A stretch of DNA of 64,000 nucleotides, taken from a candidate division FCPU426 bacterium. Its GTDB lineage: Bacteria > Oederibacteriota > Muellerivitia > Muellerivitales > Muellerivitaceae. How positions within the stretch are numbered: position 1 is the first letter of the stretch; the number at the start of each line of letters is the position of its first letter. This document shows, piece by piece, positions 21,422 through 32,119 of the stretch. The position numbers and the translations under genes were made by a program. The notes beneath the pieces are model-generated. The model had not been told where the DNA came from and did not search any database. It was given only the letters and a program-made list of their open reading frames with translations. The DNA is taken from positions 96,001 to 160,000 of the forward strand of contig CAVYSE010000003.1 in assembly GCA_963771075.1 (NCBI GenBank), written 5' to 3'.

Positions 21422-21850
21422 GTGAAACCATTGCGAATTGTGCTGGACACCAACATTCTTGTCTCCGCTTTAAGGTCGCGCTTAGGTGCTTCGCACCGCT
21501 TGTTATTGGCGGTGGGCGACAAACGGTTTCAAGTTCAATTGTCGGTGTCGTTGCTTTTGGAATACGAAGCGGCGATTAAAAACCCCAAAAGCGGCATCAA
21601 GCTTTCAGCTGATGAAAAGGACGATATTCTGGATTATCTCTGCTCCGAAGCCCGGCATTGTAAAGTTCACTTTCTTTGGAGGCCGTGCCTAAAAGACCCA
21701 GGAGATGACATGGTCCTGGAATTGGCCGTTGCTTCGGAAGCGGGTGGAATCGTTACTTTTAACAGACGGGATTTCAAGGGCATCGAGGCTTGGGGTTTAA
21801 AAGTTTATTCGCCCCAGGAATTTTTGACGATCTTAGGAGGACGAAAATGA
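21422..21850 (+). CDS. PIN family toxin
   Basis: IVLDTNILVSAL, KDPGDDMVLELAV, IVTFNRRDF. Confidence 0.9.
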   Translation: MKPLRIVLDTNILVSALRSRLGASHRLLLAVGDKRFQVQLSVSLLLEYEAAIKNPKSGIKLSADEKDDILDYLCSEARHCKVHFLWRPCLKDPGDDMVLELAVASEAGGIVTFNRRDFKGIEAWGLKVYSPQEFLTILGGRK

Positions 21851-22086
21851 GTGCTATCAGTTTGAGGCTGCCAAACACCCTTCACCGATCCGTTCGAGAA
21901 ATGGCCGACAAGGAACATGTTTCAATCAACCAAATGATAACTTTGGCTCTCGCGGAGAAAGTTTCGGCTTTGATGACGGATGAATATTTAGTCCACCGGG
22001 CAAAGCGGGGAAGCAAGGCGAAATTCCTGAAAGCGATGGGCAAGGTGGCTAAAACCGAGCCGGAACCGAAGGATAAACTTCATTAA
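21847..22086 (+). CDS. RHH antitoxin (HicB-like DNA-binding domain)
   Basis: MSAISLRLPNTLH..VSINQMITLALAEK; ATGA overlap; AGGAGG RBS. Confidence 0.85.
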   Translation: MSAISLRLPNTLHRSVREMADKEHVSINQMITLALAEKVSALMTDEYLVHRAKRGSKAKFLKAMGKVAKTEPEPKDKLH

Positions 22087-22441
22087 TTGTTCAGCCTCTT
22101 TCCTGAATTTGTAGATAGAGTCTGTTTTAAATCTTGCTTTATTTGGTTGTCATTGCGACGAGTGGCCGCCGATATCCCGCATTTCCTTATTTACCCTTAA
22201 AGAAAAACGGGGCTAGGGGGACGTTCACGAGAGGCTTGTGGTAGTTGGCCTAAATTCGGCCAACCATCCATGGGCTTTAGCCCATGGACAATCCCAGTTT
22301 AAAAAGCCTTTAAAAAGGCCAAGACGAACATCGAACTGAGATCGCGACGTCGGCAACCGCCCCGATTGGGGCGCCCCCTCTCGATGACAGACCACAAAAA
22401 GTACTTCAAAACCCTTTATCTGCAAATTCGGGAAAGGCCCA

Positions 22442-22515
22442 TTGTTCACGATGGGCCTGGTTGGTTCTATTTAGCCAAATGGGTCATCCGTTAGGTTGCA
22501 CGACGGGGACCCGTC
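22442..22515 (+). repeat. degenerate GTCCAC/GTGGAC-family palindrome
   Basis: TTGTTCACGATGGGCC...CACGACGGGGACCCGTC. Confidence 0.5.
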
Positions 22516-22619
22516 TTTAAAAGTGGAATATGGGAAGTAAGTGGGAACTTACCGGGAATCTGGGAATTCCCTCTTGGGTTCGCGGTTCTAAACTCGTCCA
22601 ATGCGGGGATGCATAAAAG

Positions 22620-22928
22620 GGACTCGAACAGTTGGAAAGGCCCATGACAGTGCGAAGCACTGAGGGTGCAGGGAGAATCACTGCGAATTTGAAGGGTACA
22701 TAGGGGTAATTCCCTATGAGCGCTTTGCGCAAAACGGGATGTTTCCCATGAACGGTTTTAAAGGGGTACAACTTATTCGGCGATGTACTTCCCGATGTGG
22801 ACCTGGTTGGCTGTGGCGCCCTGCACATATTCCAGGGCAAGTTTGGCCTTGGGGGTTTCCCCCGGCGCCAATTCCAGGTATTTCTTCCAGCAATCCACCG
22901 CCTTGTCCTTGTTGCCCCGGTTCAGGTA
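22620..22928 (+). repeat. ~308-bp direct repeat, copy 2
   Basis: Matches 19714-20020. Confidence 0.9.
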
Positions 22929-23273
22929 GATGCCCCCGAGCGAGAAATGAACGTCAATATGCTTGGGGTCCAGTTCCATGACCCTTTCGTATTCCACCAG
23001 GGCCTCTTCCCACCACATCTTGGCGTAATAGGCGTTGCCCAGGTGAAAATGGGCGGAAGGATGGCCGGGATTGAGGGCGACCGCCTTGGTGCATTCCTTG
23101 ATGGAATCTTCGTAATGGCCGGTCTTGAAAAGCAGGATTCCCAGGTTGAGCTGGGCCGGAAAATAGTTCGGGTTTAGCTCGAGGGCCTGGCGATAAAGCT
23201 CCTCAGCCCCGGGGAAATCCTGGTTCTTGTACAGGATGACTGCTTGTTTGTTGATTTCGGACACGTCCGTCAT
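22773..23273 (-). CDS. tetratricopeptide repeat protein
   Basis: Four TPR-like repeats (ALELNPN, AHFHLGNAY). Confidence 0.9.
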   Translation of the reverse strand: MTDVSEINKQAVILYKNQDFPGAEELYRQALELNPNYFPAQLNLGILLFKTGHYEDSIKECTKAVALNPGHPSAHFHLGNAYYAKMWWEEALVEYERVMELDPKHIDVHFSLGGIYLNRGNKDKAVDCWKKYLELAPGETPKAKLALEYVQGATANQVHIGKYIAE

Positions 23274-23351
23274 GCCTATATCCTAGCGGAAAAAGTTCAA
23301 CACCGACATCTAACACAAAGCCACAAAGAACGGCAAATAAGGAAAAGTCTG

Positions 23352-23641
23352 GGAAGTGTCTCAGTTTGAAGTCATTCCGAGGAGCAGTGCTGATTTCCAT
23401 ATCCTTGAAATTAGGAGATCAGTACGATTTGCCCCCGTTGCCCTAAAGGGCAACGGAAGACTGGGCAATACCGCTTCAATAAATACCTAATAGAAAAGCG
23501 GTATGCGACGTCGGAATCCCAGGTTTTTCCGTAGGTTCAAAGTGTACAACCTGAGATTGCTACGGTTCAAACCGCCCCGATTGGGGCTGACCCTCGCAAT
23601 GACGACTTGAATTAATAGCCCTTTTAAACTGAGACACTACC
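23352..23641. mobile_element. MITE copy B (inverted relative to copy A)
   Basis: TIRs GGAAGTGTCTCAGTTT / AAACTGAGACACTACC; flanks AAAGTCTG / AAATTCTG. Confidence 0.85.
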
Positions 23642-23729
23642 AAATTCTGACTTTTCAAAAAATCAGGTCTTACTTCGCCTCCCTGAGTGTCTTTGTGCCT
23701 TGGTGATAGCCTTGGTTTTTACTCTTGGT

Positions 23730-24605
23730 TTAAGGGATGACTTTATTCAGGGGATATTCCACGATTCCCTCGGCGCCCTGGTCCTTAAGCTTCGGGATCA
23801 TGTCCCGGACCGTCTTCTCATTGACCACCGTATCCACGTCCACCCAGTTCTTGTCCTGAAGCTCGGAGATGGTGGGCGAATTGAGCGAAGGAAGGACCTT
23901 CAGCACCGATTCCAGCTTGGCCCGGGGCACGTTCATCTTCAACCCCACCTTTTCCTCGGCCGCCAGGGCTCCCTTCAATAATAGCACCATGTCCTCGATT
24001 TTCTTTTTCTTCCAGGGGTCCGCCCAGGCCGCCTTATTGGCGATGACCAGGGTGTTGGATTCCATCAGGGTTTCCAGGATTACCAGGTTGTTCGCCCGCA
24101 GGGAGGAGCCGGTTTCGGTCACCTCGATGATGGCGTCGGCCAGCTCGGGAGGCTTGGCTTCGGTGGCGCCCCAGGAAAATTCCACAGTGGCCTTGACCCC
24201 GTTCTTTTTCAGGTATTCCTTCGAGACGTTCACCAGCTCGGTGGCGATCTTTTTGCCTTCCAGGTCCTTCACCGATTTGATATTGGAACTGGCCGGGGCC
24301 GCCAGGACCCAACGGACGGGCCGTAGGCCCGCTTTCGCGTAGATCAATTCCGCCACCTCATGCACCTGGGAGCCGTTTTCCATGACCCAATCCCGGCCGG
24401 TCATGCCCACGTCCAGGGTGCCGTCCTCGACGTAGCGGCTCATTTCCTGGGCCCGGATCAGCATGGCCTTCATCTCGGGGTCGTCGATATTGGGAAAATA
24501 GGAACGGGAGGTGGATGAGATTTTGTAACCGGCCTTGGCGAACAGGTGAAAGGTGGATTCCTGGAGGCTTCCCTTGGGCAGTCCCAGCTTTAACAGATTA
24601 GGCAT
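23730..24605 (-). CDS. hisG: ATP phosphoribosyltransferase (long form)
   Basis: [38 protein letters not shown]. Confidence 0.96.
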   Translation of the reverse strand: MPNLLKLGLPKGSLQESTFHLFAKAGYKISSTSRSYFPNIDDPEMKAMLIRAQEMSRYVEDGTLDVGMTGRDWVMENGSQVHEVAELIYAKAGLRPVRWVLAAPASSNIKSVKDLEGKKIATELVNVSKEYLKKNGVKATVEFSWGATEAKPPELADAIIEVTETGSSLRANNLVILETLMESNTLVIANKAAWADPWKKKKIEDMVLLLKGALAAEEKVGLKMNVPRAKLESVLKVLPSLNSPTISELQDKNWVDVDTVVNEKTVRDMIPKLKDQGAEGIVEYPLNKVIP

Positions 24606-24749
24606 TTTGGGTTTCCTTGCGTTTGGTGGTAAGACTCGCTTATTTAACAAAAGGCGCTGGGCTTTGGCAACCGTTTCATTCTTATAATTCGTCGGTGTCT
24701 TTTGATAGACTAGCCGCCGTTCAAACCGACGGAAAGGCGGACTTTAACC

Positions 24750-25826
24750 GTGCCGATGGACCTCTACAACCTCAACCGGGACGAACTGACCCGCCACTTC
24801 GTGGCATCGGGCGCGCCCCGCCATACCGGCGGGCAGGTCTTCCACTGGCTGTACCAAAAAAAATGCGGGTCCTTCCAGGACATCACGGACATTCCCCAAT
24901 CCACCCGGGAGGAACTGAACCGCCAGGCCCGCGTGACGCCGCTCCAACTCGACTCCAAACAAACCTCGGCCGATGGGACAGTCAAATATCTCTGGTCCCT
25001 CCCGGCCCTGGAGCAGGGCCCCGGCGGCCGGGTGGAAAGCGTCCTTCTTCCCATGTCGCGCGACGAGGAAGGCGAAGCCGGTTTTTACACAGCCTGCATC
25101 TCCACCCAGGCCGGTTGCCGCATGAAATGCGCCTTTTGCGCCACCGGGGTCCCCAAGTTCGGCCGCCACCTTTCCACCGCCGAGATTGTCGGCCAGGTAT
25201 TGGGGATGGAACGGGATTCGGGAATGAAATTCAGCAATATCGTGGTCATGGGGATGGGGGAACCCCTGGACAATTACGAGCCCACCCAAAAGGCCATGCG
25301 CATCTTCCATGACCCCGAGGGGCTCAACCTCGGACGGCGCCGGATGACCGTTTCCACCTCCGGGTTATTGGAACCCCTGAAAAGGTTCATCAAGGACGAC
25401 TGGCCGGTCTCACTGGCCCTTTCCCTGCACAGCGCCGATCCGGAAATCCGCAGCCGCCTGATGCCGGTCAACCGTTCCAACCCGCTGGAAAAACTGAAAA
25501 AACTCCTGAGGGAATTCACCTTTACCCGGCGCCTGCCCGTGACCCTGGAATATATCCTCCTGAAGGGGGTGAATGACGGCCCCGAGGACGCCCGAAAGCT
25601 GGCGGCCTTCTGCAAGGACCTGCTTTGCAAGGTCAACTTGATCCGATACAACCCAGTCCCGACCCTCCCCTTCCAATCGCCGGGCGAGGAGGCGGTGGAA
25701 GCCTTCAAGCAATCCCTGAGGGAAAAGGGCATGATGGTTTTCCTGCGGGAACGCAAAGGGGTGGATATCGACGCGGCCTGCGGGCAACTGGGATTCAAGG
25801 AAAGCCTGGCGGGGGCGGAACCATGA
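24750..25826 (+). CDS. rlmN: 23S rRNA m2A2503 methyltransferase
   Basis: CISTQAGCRMKCAFC, MGMGEP, DIDAACGQL. Confidence 0.96.
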   Translation: MPMDLYNLNRDELTRHFVASGAPRHTGGQVFHWLYQKKCGSFQDITDIPQSTREELNRQARVTPLQLDSKQTSADGTVKYLWSLPALEQGPGGRVESVLLPMSRDEEGEAGFYTACISTQAGCRMKCAFCATGVPKFGRHLSTAEIVGQVLGMERDSGMKFSNIVVMGMGEPLDNYEPTQKAMRIFHDPEGLNLGRRRMTVSTSGLLEPLKRFIKDDWPVSLALSLHSADPEIRSRLMPVNRSNPLEKLKKLLREFTFTRRLPVTLEYILLKGVNDGPEDARKLAAFCKDLLCKVNLIRYNPVPTLPFQSPGEEAVEAFKQSLREKGMMVFLRERKGVDIDAACGQLGFKESLAGAEP

Positions 25827-26815
25827 TGAAAGACGCTTTCCGTTCTTACCGGCAGGCCCTGACCGATTCCGAAAAGATCCTGATCCGCAGGGCCCTGAAC
25901 CTGCTGGGTGTTTTCACCCTGGTGGCGCTTTCCTGCGGCGGGGTATCCCTTTTGTTCACCCAGCTGCACCAGCCCATGATCGTTCCCAAGATCGTCGGTT
26001 TGAGCGAGTCCCAGGCGAAGGATGCCCTTTCCTCCAAGGGACTGAGGCTGAAGATCTTGAGGTCCCAGTATGACGACCATGTTCCAGAGGGGCTTTTGAG
26101 CGAACAAAACCCCCGGGCCAACGCCTATCTGAAGCGGGGCAAGGAGGTCGGGGCGGTCCTGAGCAAGGGAAACCCCAAGGTCAAGGTTCCCTATGTGGTT
26201 CAGCTTTCGTTCCGGGAGGCCCAGATCCTCTTGGCCGCCAACCGCCTTCGCGTGGGGAGGGAATCCCTCGTGGCCGACAACCTGGAACCCAAGGACACGG
26301 TCCTCGCCCAGGTCCCCGATCAAGGGGAGGCGGCCGGGGCCTTCGACACCGTGGACCTATTGGTTTCCACCGGGCCGGACAACCCGAGTTTCCTGATGCC
26401 CAACCTCGCCCAACAGCCCCTGGAAACCGCGTTCAAGCTCCTGCGGCCCGCCGGGATCACGCTTCAAAAGATCAAGATCGAGGTGCATGACGACCTGGAT
26501 TCGGAAACCATCCTCTCGCAAACTCCCGCCGCCGGTTCCCGGGTGCTTCACGGCGACAACGCCTCCCTGGTCGTGAGCGCGAAAAGCTCGGACGCTTCCC
26601 TCAAGGCCCGCCTCGCCAAGGTCGACTTCGACATGCCCGTGGGGAACCCCCACCGGCTCCAGATCGACGTGTTCGATTCCACCGGAACCCGCACCGTTTT
26701 TAACCGCATGCAGGGCCCCCTGGACCACGTGGAGGTGGAGGTGAGCGTCACGGGCAAGGCCTCGGCCCAGATCTACCTGAACCAGGAATATGTTAAGGAG
26801 ATTCCCATCGAGTAG
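25823..26815 (+). CDS. PASTA domain membrane protein
   Basis: One TM segment then three repeats (VPKIVG, VPYVVQ, MPNLAQ); ATGA overlap with rlmN. Confidence 0.88.
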   Translation: MMKDAFRSYRQALTDSEKILIRRALNLLGVFTLVALSCGGVSLLFTQLHQPMIVPKIVGLSESQAKDALSSKGLRLKILRSQYDDHVPEGLLSEQNPRANAYLKRGKEVGAVLSKGNPKVKVPYVVQLSFREAQILLAANRLRVGRESLVADNLEPKDTVLAQVPDQGEAAGAFDTVDLLVSTGPDNPSFLMPNLAQQPLETAFKLLRPAGITLQKIKIEVHDDLDSETILSQTPAAGSRVLHGDNASLVVSAKSSDASLKARLAKVDFDMPVGNPHRLQIDVFDSTGTRTVFNRMQGPLDHVEVEVSVTGKASAQIYLNQEYVKEIPIE

Positions 26816-26863
26816 CGCGGCGGAAGGCAAAGGCGAGGCGGGGCGGCCAACCCTAAGATCGGG

Positions 26864-27610
26864 TTACCTTAAATTGGAGATATTTTTCAGCTTCGCGCGG
26901 GCCTGGCCGATCTTACCTTGGACATCCGTGTTATCCGGATCTTCCTGGAGACATTCCTCCCACTTCCGGATCGCGTCCCTGAGTTGCCCATTGATATAGA
27001 GGGTGATCCCCTCGAAATAAAGCGCCTTCACCTTGGAGGCGTCCACCTTGTTGTAAATTTTGGCGATCTGCATGAGCTGGGCCCTTAGGGTAAGCCCCGC
27101 TTTTTTCACCGATTTGGGGTTCACCACCAGCCCAATCCGGTCCCCCTCCTGGTCGAAGGTGATCATGCCGCCCAGGGACGGAAATTGGTCGATCTCCGAA
27201 ACCGTGAGGAGGTTCGCCCCCCTCACGGAGGAGAGCACTTCCCTCATGTTGTCTTTTTCCGAATCGGAGATGAACAGGATCTGGCAGCTTCGCAGGGTGT
27301 CCAAGGGGGTCGTATCCGGATCGCTGAAGCGCCTGACAATCAGGGATCGGCCTTCGACCACCTTTCCCTTGATCACGTCGTCCAGGGTCGTCCCGAAGGG
27401 ATCTTCCCCCAGGACACCCAGGACAATGGGGGCGTCGCTGCTGACGAAAACGCTTGGGGGCCATTCCACGAACTTGGCGAAATTGTACAGGTACTCCGCC
27501 TTGACCGCGTATTCGGAAATATTGGCGCTGAAGGCCGGGGTAATCAGGATCAAGACAATTGCGAACAGGAATGGTTTGGTTTTTCCCACGATCGTCCCCT
27601 CCTTCCTCAT
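26864..27610 (-). CDS. YfiR family protein with C-terminal TPR
   Basis: EYAVKAEYLYNFAKFVEWP, CQILFIS, GGMITF; TPR-like tail; start uncertain. Confidence 0.88.
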   Translation of the reverse strand: MRKEGTIVGKTKPFLFAIVLILITPAFSANISEYAVKAEYLYNFAKFVEWPPSVFVSSDAPIVLGVLGEDPFGTTLDDVIKGKVVEGRSLIVRRFSDPDTTPLDTLRSCQILFISDSEKDNMREVLSSVRGANLLTVSEIDQFPSLGGMITFDQEGDRIGLVVNPKSVKKAGLTLRAQLMQIAKIYNKVDASKVKALYFEGITLYINGQLRDAIRKWEECLQEDPDNTDVQGKIGQARAKLKNISNLR

Positions 27611-27690
27611 TCGCTTTCGGCCAGGTTTAGGAACCGGTCCCATGACAAAAAATAAACCGTCCTAAAACTACTCTTAAACTTCCCCGAGAC

Positions 27691-29754
27691 TCACAATTTA
27701 AGGCTTAATTTTCCCCAAACGAGGAGCCCGTCCTGTTGAAGCGTGTTTTCCAACAGCGTGCCCGCCGTGGGTTGGTAATAGGTCGTGTTGAGCAGGTTAT
27801 AGGCCGATAGCGTGGCTTCGACGTTATCCCAAATGAAATGCGGGGAATAGAGTTTCAGGTTGAGGAGCGTGTAATCCGGCGCCCAAACGTCATTGAACCC
27901 ATAGCTCGCCGCCGTGAACTGGCACTCCGCGGTCACGGTGAGGAGCCGGGGGTCGATGGGAACCTGCAGGCTGGCCTTCCCCAGGTTTTGGGGGGAGTCG
28001 GGGAGCACATACTCCGCGTTCTCATCCTCGTCATACTGGTAGGACCAGCTCAAACGTCCCTGGATCCCGCTGTCGTCGCTGTATTGGTATTCAAACTCCG
28101 CGCCGTTGACCTCCACATGGCCGACGTTCTCGTAGATCGTGAGCAAGGGGTTATCCGCGGCGGGCACGCCCAGGATCAGGTTGCTTCCCGAATAATGAAA
28201 CAGGGAAAAGATCGTCCGGTGGTTCTGGCTGATGTTTTGTTCCCAGTCGAACTCGTAGGTCTCAAAGACCTCGTTTTTCAAGCTGGGATTGGATTCCTCG
28301 CTAAGGCCCCCGTCCTGGTAATACAGCTCAAAAGGCGTGGGGGCCCGGAATCCCTCTCCCGCGATTAATTTCAAAACCGTGGGTTGAACCGGCTGCCAGA
28401 TGATGGAACCCCGGGGTATCCACTGGGAACCGGTCACGGAGAAATAGTCGTACCGGCCGCCCAGGTTCAGGATCAGGTTGGAAGTGAACTTGACCTCGTC
28501 CTCGGCGTAGAGGGACCATTGGGTGGATTGGCGGGAATCGTCCAGGGCGGGCGCGGATCCCACATCGTAATTTTTCTGGTATTACTCGAAATTGTCAGTG
28601 AATTCGGTGCCCAGGCTGAGCTTGTTTTTCTCAAAGGGCGCGAAGGTAAATCGGAGTTCCGCGCCCCCCCAAGCCCCGTTTCCGATATCCACGTTCGGTA
28701 TGCCGCTATAGATGTAATTGCCGGTGTAATTGGCCGCGTCCGCGTAAAGCCGGGCCAGCCATTGCCCGCTTTCCACGTCCCCGTGGTGGTAGGCCAACTC
28801 GGCGAAAGAATTCAGGTCATCGGTATAGTTATTGGGGTTGTTGAAGTCGGATCCGTAGGAACCCGTGGGGATGACCTTGAAGCGGTGCATGACCGCCCCC
28901 TCCAGTGACCAATCGTCGAGTTGTAAAGAGGCGAACCCATGCTGGGCGTTTTCCGAATCGCAATCATGGGCGACGCCGTTGTTGGCGGAAAGCGGGTTGG
29001 CGGGATCGTTGTATTCGGGAAAATAAAGGTTCCCATTCCCGGCGCTGTAATAATCGGAGCCTTCCAGGGTCCACTGAAAGCCCGAATCGGTGATTCCCCC
29101 GTATTGGATTTCGTTGCCCAGGGTACCCAAGCTGGCCTCCTGGGCGGTCAGGACCACGCCATTAATGTCTTTTCCCTTTTTGGTGATGACGTTGATGACC
29201 CCGAACACGGCGTTGCTTCCATAGCTGGCGGCGGCGGGCCCCCGAATGATCTCCACGTGATCCACCATGTCCATGTCGATCGTGGCGTCTTCCCCGGAGT
29301 AAAACTCGCCATAGACGTCGTCATTGATCCGGTGCCCGTCGATCATCAGCAGAACACGGGAGTTATAGCCCCCCAGGCTTCCCATTCCCCGAAGGCCCAG
29401 GTAGGTATAGTTTCGGTCGGAGGTCACCCAAAAACCCCGAACTGCGTTGAAGAGGTCGTCCAGGGTCCGGTACCCGCCCGCCTTGATCTCGGAGGAGGTC
29501 AGGATGGTGGTGGTGCCGGGGGCTTCGGTGGTTTTTTGCTCGCTTTTGGAAGAGGAATAGACCACTTCGGTTTTATTCAGGTCGTTCAGGCTCGTATCAT
29601 CCGCGTTAGAGGAATCAGGGGTGGAAACAGCTGAAACGGCGGAACCGTCCGGGGACTCGCACCAGGAATGGGAGGGGAGTAAAAGGACCGGAAAGACCAT
29701 GGATAAGATTATTATTTTTAAACCCAGCCGATCCGCAACCAAAACCTTCAACAT
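27691..29754 (-). pseudogene. TonB-dependent receptor with an in-frame TAA at 28582-28584
   Basis: Plug motifs (LLMIDG, VEIIRGPAAASYG..GVINVITK) and the barrel ORF are in the same frame on either side of one stop. Confidence 0.85.
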
Positions 29755-29956
29755 ACAACGACCTCCGCTAAGGATTTCCGCGAGGCGCCCAACTTAATTT
29801 AAAAAAACGGGTTCAACCAAGGTAATCGATTTAACAAAACCCATTCCAAACGGATCACAATATTTGCCGGTTAATTTTTTAAATTGTACTACCCTTTTTC
29901 CCTTTCGCCTATCCTGCTATGGCATTTCCATTCTTTCGAAGAAACGAGGGCTGATC

Positions 29957-30505
29957 TTGGCGCTGCCATCGACGATCTATCGTTTCCAGGTCGATCTATC
30001 CGACGTGGACCGGGGCCTGTATGGGAAGATTGAGTTCCGCGCGGCCATGCATCCTTCCGAATCGATTCCTTTTTTCGTCGCGCGGATCCTTGCCTTTTGC
30101 CTTAATTTCCGGGAGGGTTTAGAATTCTCCGCGGGTATCAGCACCCCCGAGGAGCCCGCCCTGTTCTTGAAGGGCATGACGGGCGGTTACGATCTATGGG
30201 TGGACATCGGCAACCCCTCCGCGAAAAGGGTCCACAAAGCTTCCAAATCGTCTAAAACGGTCCGGATCTACACCCACAAGGACGCGCGAATGCTGGCGAA
30301 AGAATTGAAAGAGGAAAGGGTCCACCGGCTGGGCGAAATCGGGCTTTTTTCATTCGAACAAAAGTTCCTGAACGATCTGGGGGCCCGTCTAGGAAGGGAC
30401 AATCGTTGGGAGTTCACCCATCAAGAGGGAGAATTATACCTCGGGATCGGCCAAGCCTCTTTCCAGGGTCGAATGGATCGTATCGTTTGGGAAGAGGACC
30501 CCTGA
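29957..30505 (+). CDS. yaeQ: YaeQ family protein
   Basis: ALPSTIYRFQVDLSDVDR, AMHPSE, EEPAL, LWVDIGNP. Confidence 0.9.
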   Translation: MALPSTIYRFQVDLSDVDRGLYGKIEFRAAMHPSESIPFFVARILAFCLNFREGLEFSAGISTPEEPALFLKGMTGGYDLWVDIGNPSAKRVHKASKSSKTVRIYTHKDARMLAKELKEERVHRLGEIGLFSFEQKFLNDLGARLGRDNRWEFTHQEGELYLGIGQASFQGRMDRIVWEEDP

Positions 30506-30542
30506 TTCCCGCGAAAAGGATGACCACGAACCTTTCGTTTAT

Positions 30543-30932
30543 TTAGGAGGCGGACAGATCGCCATTTAAAAGTTGCCCAGCCAAATCGGCGATTTCCCCG
30601 GGAGCGGCGGGTTTCTGGACAAACCACACCATGGGGTCTTTCTTGTATTCCACCAACAGACCCGGGGTGATCCGGTTGGACAGGGCCACGACCCGCTGAT
30701 TCGCCGCGTCCCTCGCGTTGCGCAGCTGATGGAGAAATTTCTCGCCGTCCATCCCGGGCGTTTCCAGGTCCGCGATGATGAGTTCCATATCCCGTTGATC
30801 CATTTCCCGCAGGGCCGTTCTTGGGTCCTTTTCTTCCCACAGGACCATTTCTCCCAACGTTTGCGCGAGGGATGCCTTCAAGGCTTCCCCGCTTTCCGAG
30901 TTCGGGTTTAGGACCAGCACGTTCAATGACAT
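30543..30932 (-). CDS. single-domain response regulator
   Basis: LIIADLETPGMDG, FVQKP. Confidence 0.8.
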   Translation of the reverse strand: MSLNVLVLNPNSESGEALKASLAQTLGEMVLWEEKDPRTALREMDQRDMELIIADLETPGMDGEKFLHQLRNARDAANQRVVALSNRITPGLLVEYKKDPMVWFVQKPAAPGEIADLAGQLLNGDLSAS

Positions 30933-31292
30933 TTAAACTACCTCCTCAAGCCCACCGGCTTTTGCCCTATCCCTCTTTTCGATCCGATCCGCTTCCGCGG
31001 TCATGACCTTGATCCGGCTGGAAGCTTCCACCAGGCATCGAAGGAGCGGTTCGAACAGTTCCTCTTCCGGCTGACCTCCCTGTAGACCCAGGGACATTTC
31101 CCTTATCTTTGAGTCCAATTCCCGAACCCACCCTTCATCAAGGGCGGAAGCCTTCCCCACCCAGGCGGACAACTCGCGAATCGACTCTTTAACCTCTCCC
31201 TTTCTTTTCCCGTTGGAAAAGCTGACGCGGGTACCCAAAGCGTAGAGTTGACAATCCAGTTGGCGAACCAGATTCATTTCCCGGTCGGTCAA
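30933..31292 (-). CDS. hypothetical helical protein
   Basis: ORF packed between a CheX-like gene and a receiver gene; start uncertain. Confidence 0.5.
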   Translation of the reverse strand: MTDREMNLVRQLDCQLYALGTRVSFSNGKRKGEVKESIRELSAWVGKASALDEGWVRELDSKIREMSLGLQGGQPEEELFEPLLRCLVEASSRIKVMTAEADRIEKRDRAKAGGLEEVV

Positions 31293-31855
31293 AGTCCGGT
31301 TCCTTTCTCCACCCAAAAACGGATCTCGACGGGACATTGACTCAAAAGCAGCGCCACGGCGGCCTGGGTCTTGCCCTTGGGCCAGGATTGCGGGGTGCAG
31401 GTTTGGGAGGGGATCGCGTGGATGCCCTCCCTATTCCAGAATGAGGACAACAAATGGCCGCAGAAGGTTTGAAAAAGCTCCTGGAAAGCCTCGTCGCTGG
31501 TTTGTATCTGCGGAAGGGAGCCTTCTTTCCTCTCCAGCAGCAATCCCCCCAGGGAGTTATGGGCCCTCAGATTCACCAGGCCGCGGATCGTTCCGGCCAG
31601 GTAGGAACAGCGTTCCAGGGACATGACCGAGGGTCCCTCGACGGGCGGGCCGAGCGGCTGGCAAGGAAGGTGCAGCCATGACCGTGAAACGGCCTGAAAG
31701 GCTTGGAAAAGATCCTCACTCGTAGGCAAAAGCGTGGAAGCCACGGCAGGGGCGGAAAAGCCTGTGTTGCTGTAAACGCTGGATTCGGTCGTGGTTTTCC
31801 TCGAAAGGGATTTTAATTTTCGGGAGATAACCATGCCTTGGTTGAGGCAAGCCAT
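31289..31855 (-). CDS. CheX-like phosphatase family protein
   Basis: GTIRGLVNLRA..DEAFQELFQTFCGHLL resembles the CheX ExxN region (Asn not conserved). Confidence 0.5.
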   Translation of the reverse strand: MACLNQGMVISRKLKSLSRKTTTESSVYSNTGFSAPAVASTLLPTSEDLFQAFQAVSRSWLHLPCQPLGPPVEGPSVMSLERCSYLAGTIRGLVNLRAHNSLGGLLLERKEGSLPQIQTSDEAFQELFQTFCGHLLSSFWNREGIHAIPSQTCTPQSWPKGKTQAAVALLLSQCPVEIRFWVEKGTGL

Positions 31856-32119
31856 ATGCCAATATTCCCGTGAGAAAAAGCCAATGTTGGCCGAGGTTGA
31901 GCCGGTTCGTCAGGAGGGTAAAACGGTAAACGTCCCAAAAGAGGTAAGGGGTATTCCCAAGTTGAGTAATGGAAAATGCCGAGAACTACCGGGAAGCCGC
32001 GAAGAACATCGAACGATAGACTGCATGCGAAACTACGAAATCATTTTTAAGGGCTTTTGTCCATTCCAACGAGCGCTGGATAAAACTTTTCCGCTCTCAG
32101 CGGGGAAAGTCTTCATTTT

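Noticed and set aside
19864..22928. Diversity-generating retroelement TR/VR pair in the duplicated TPR 3' end
   Set aside because: Differences are not adenine-specific, the repeat extends far into non-coding DNA, and the only RT in the window is a group II intron maturase.
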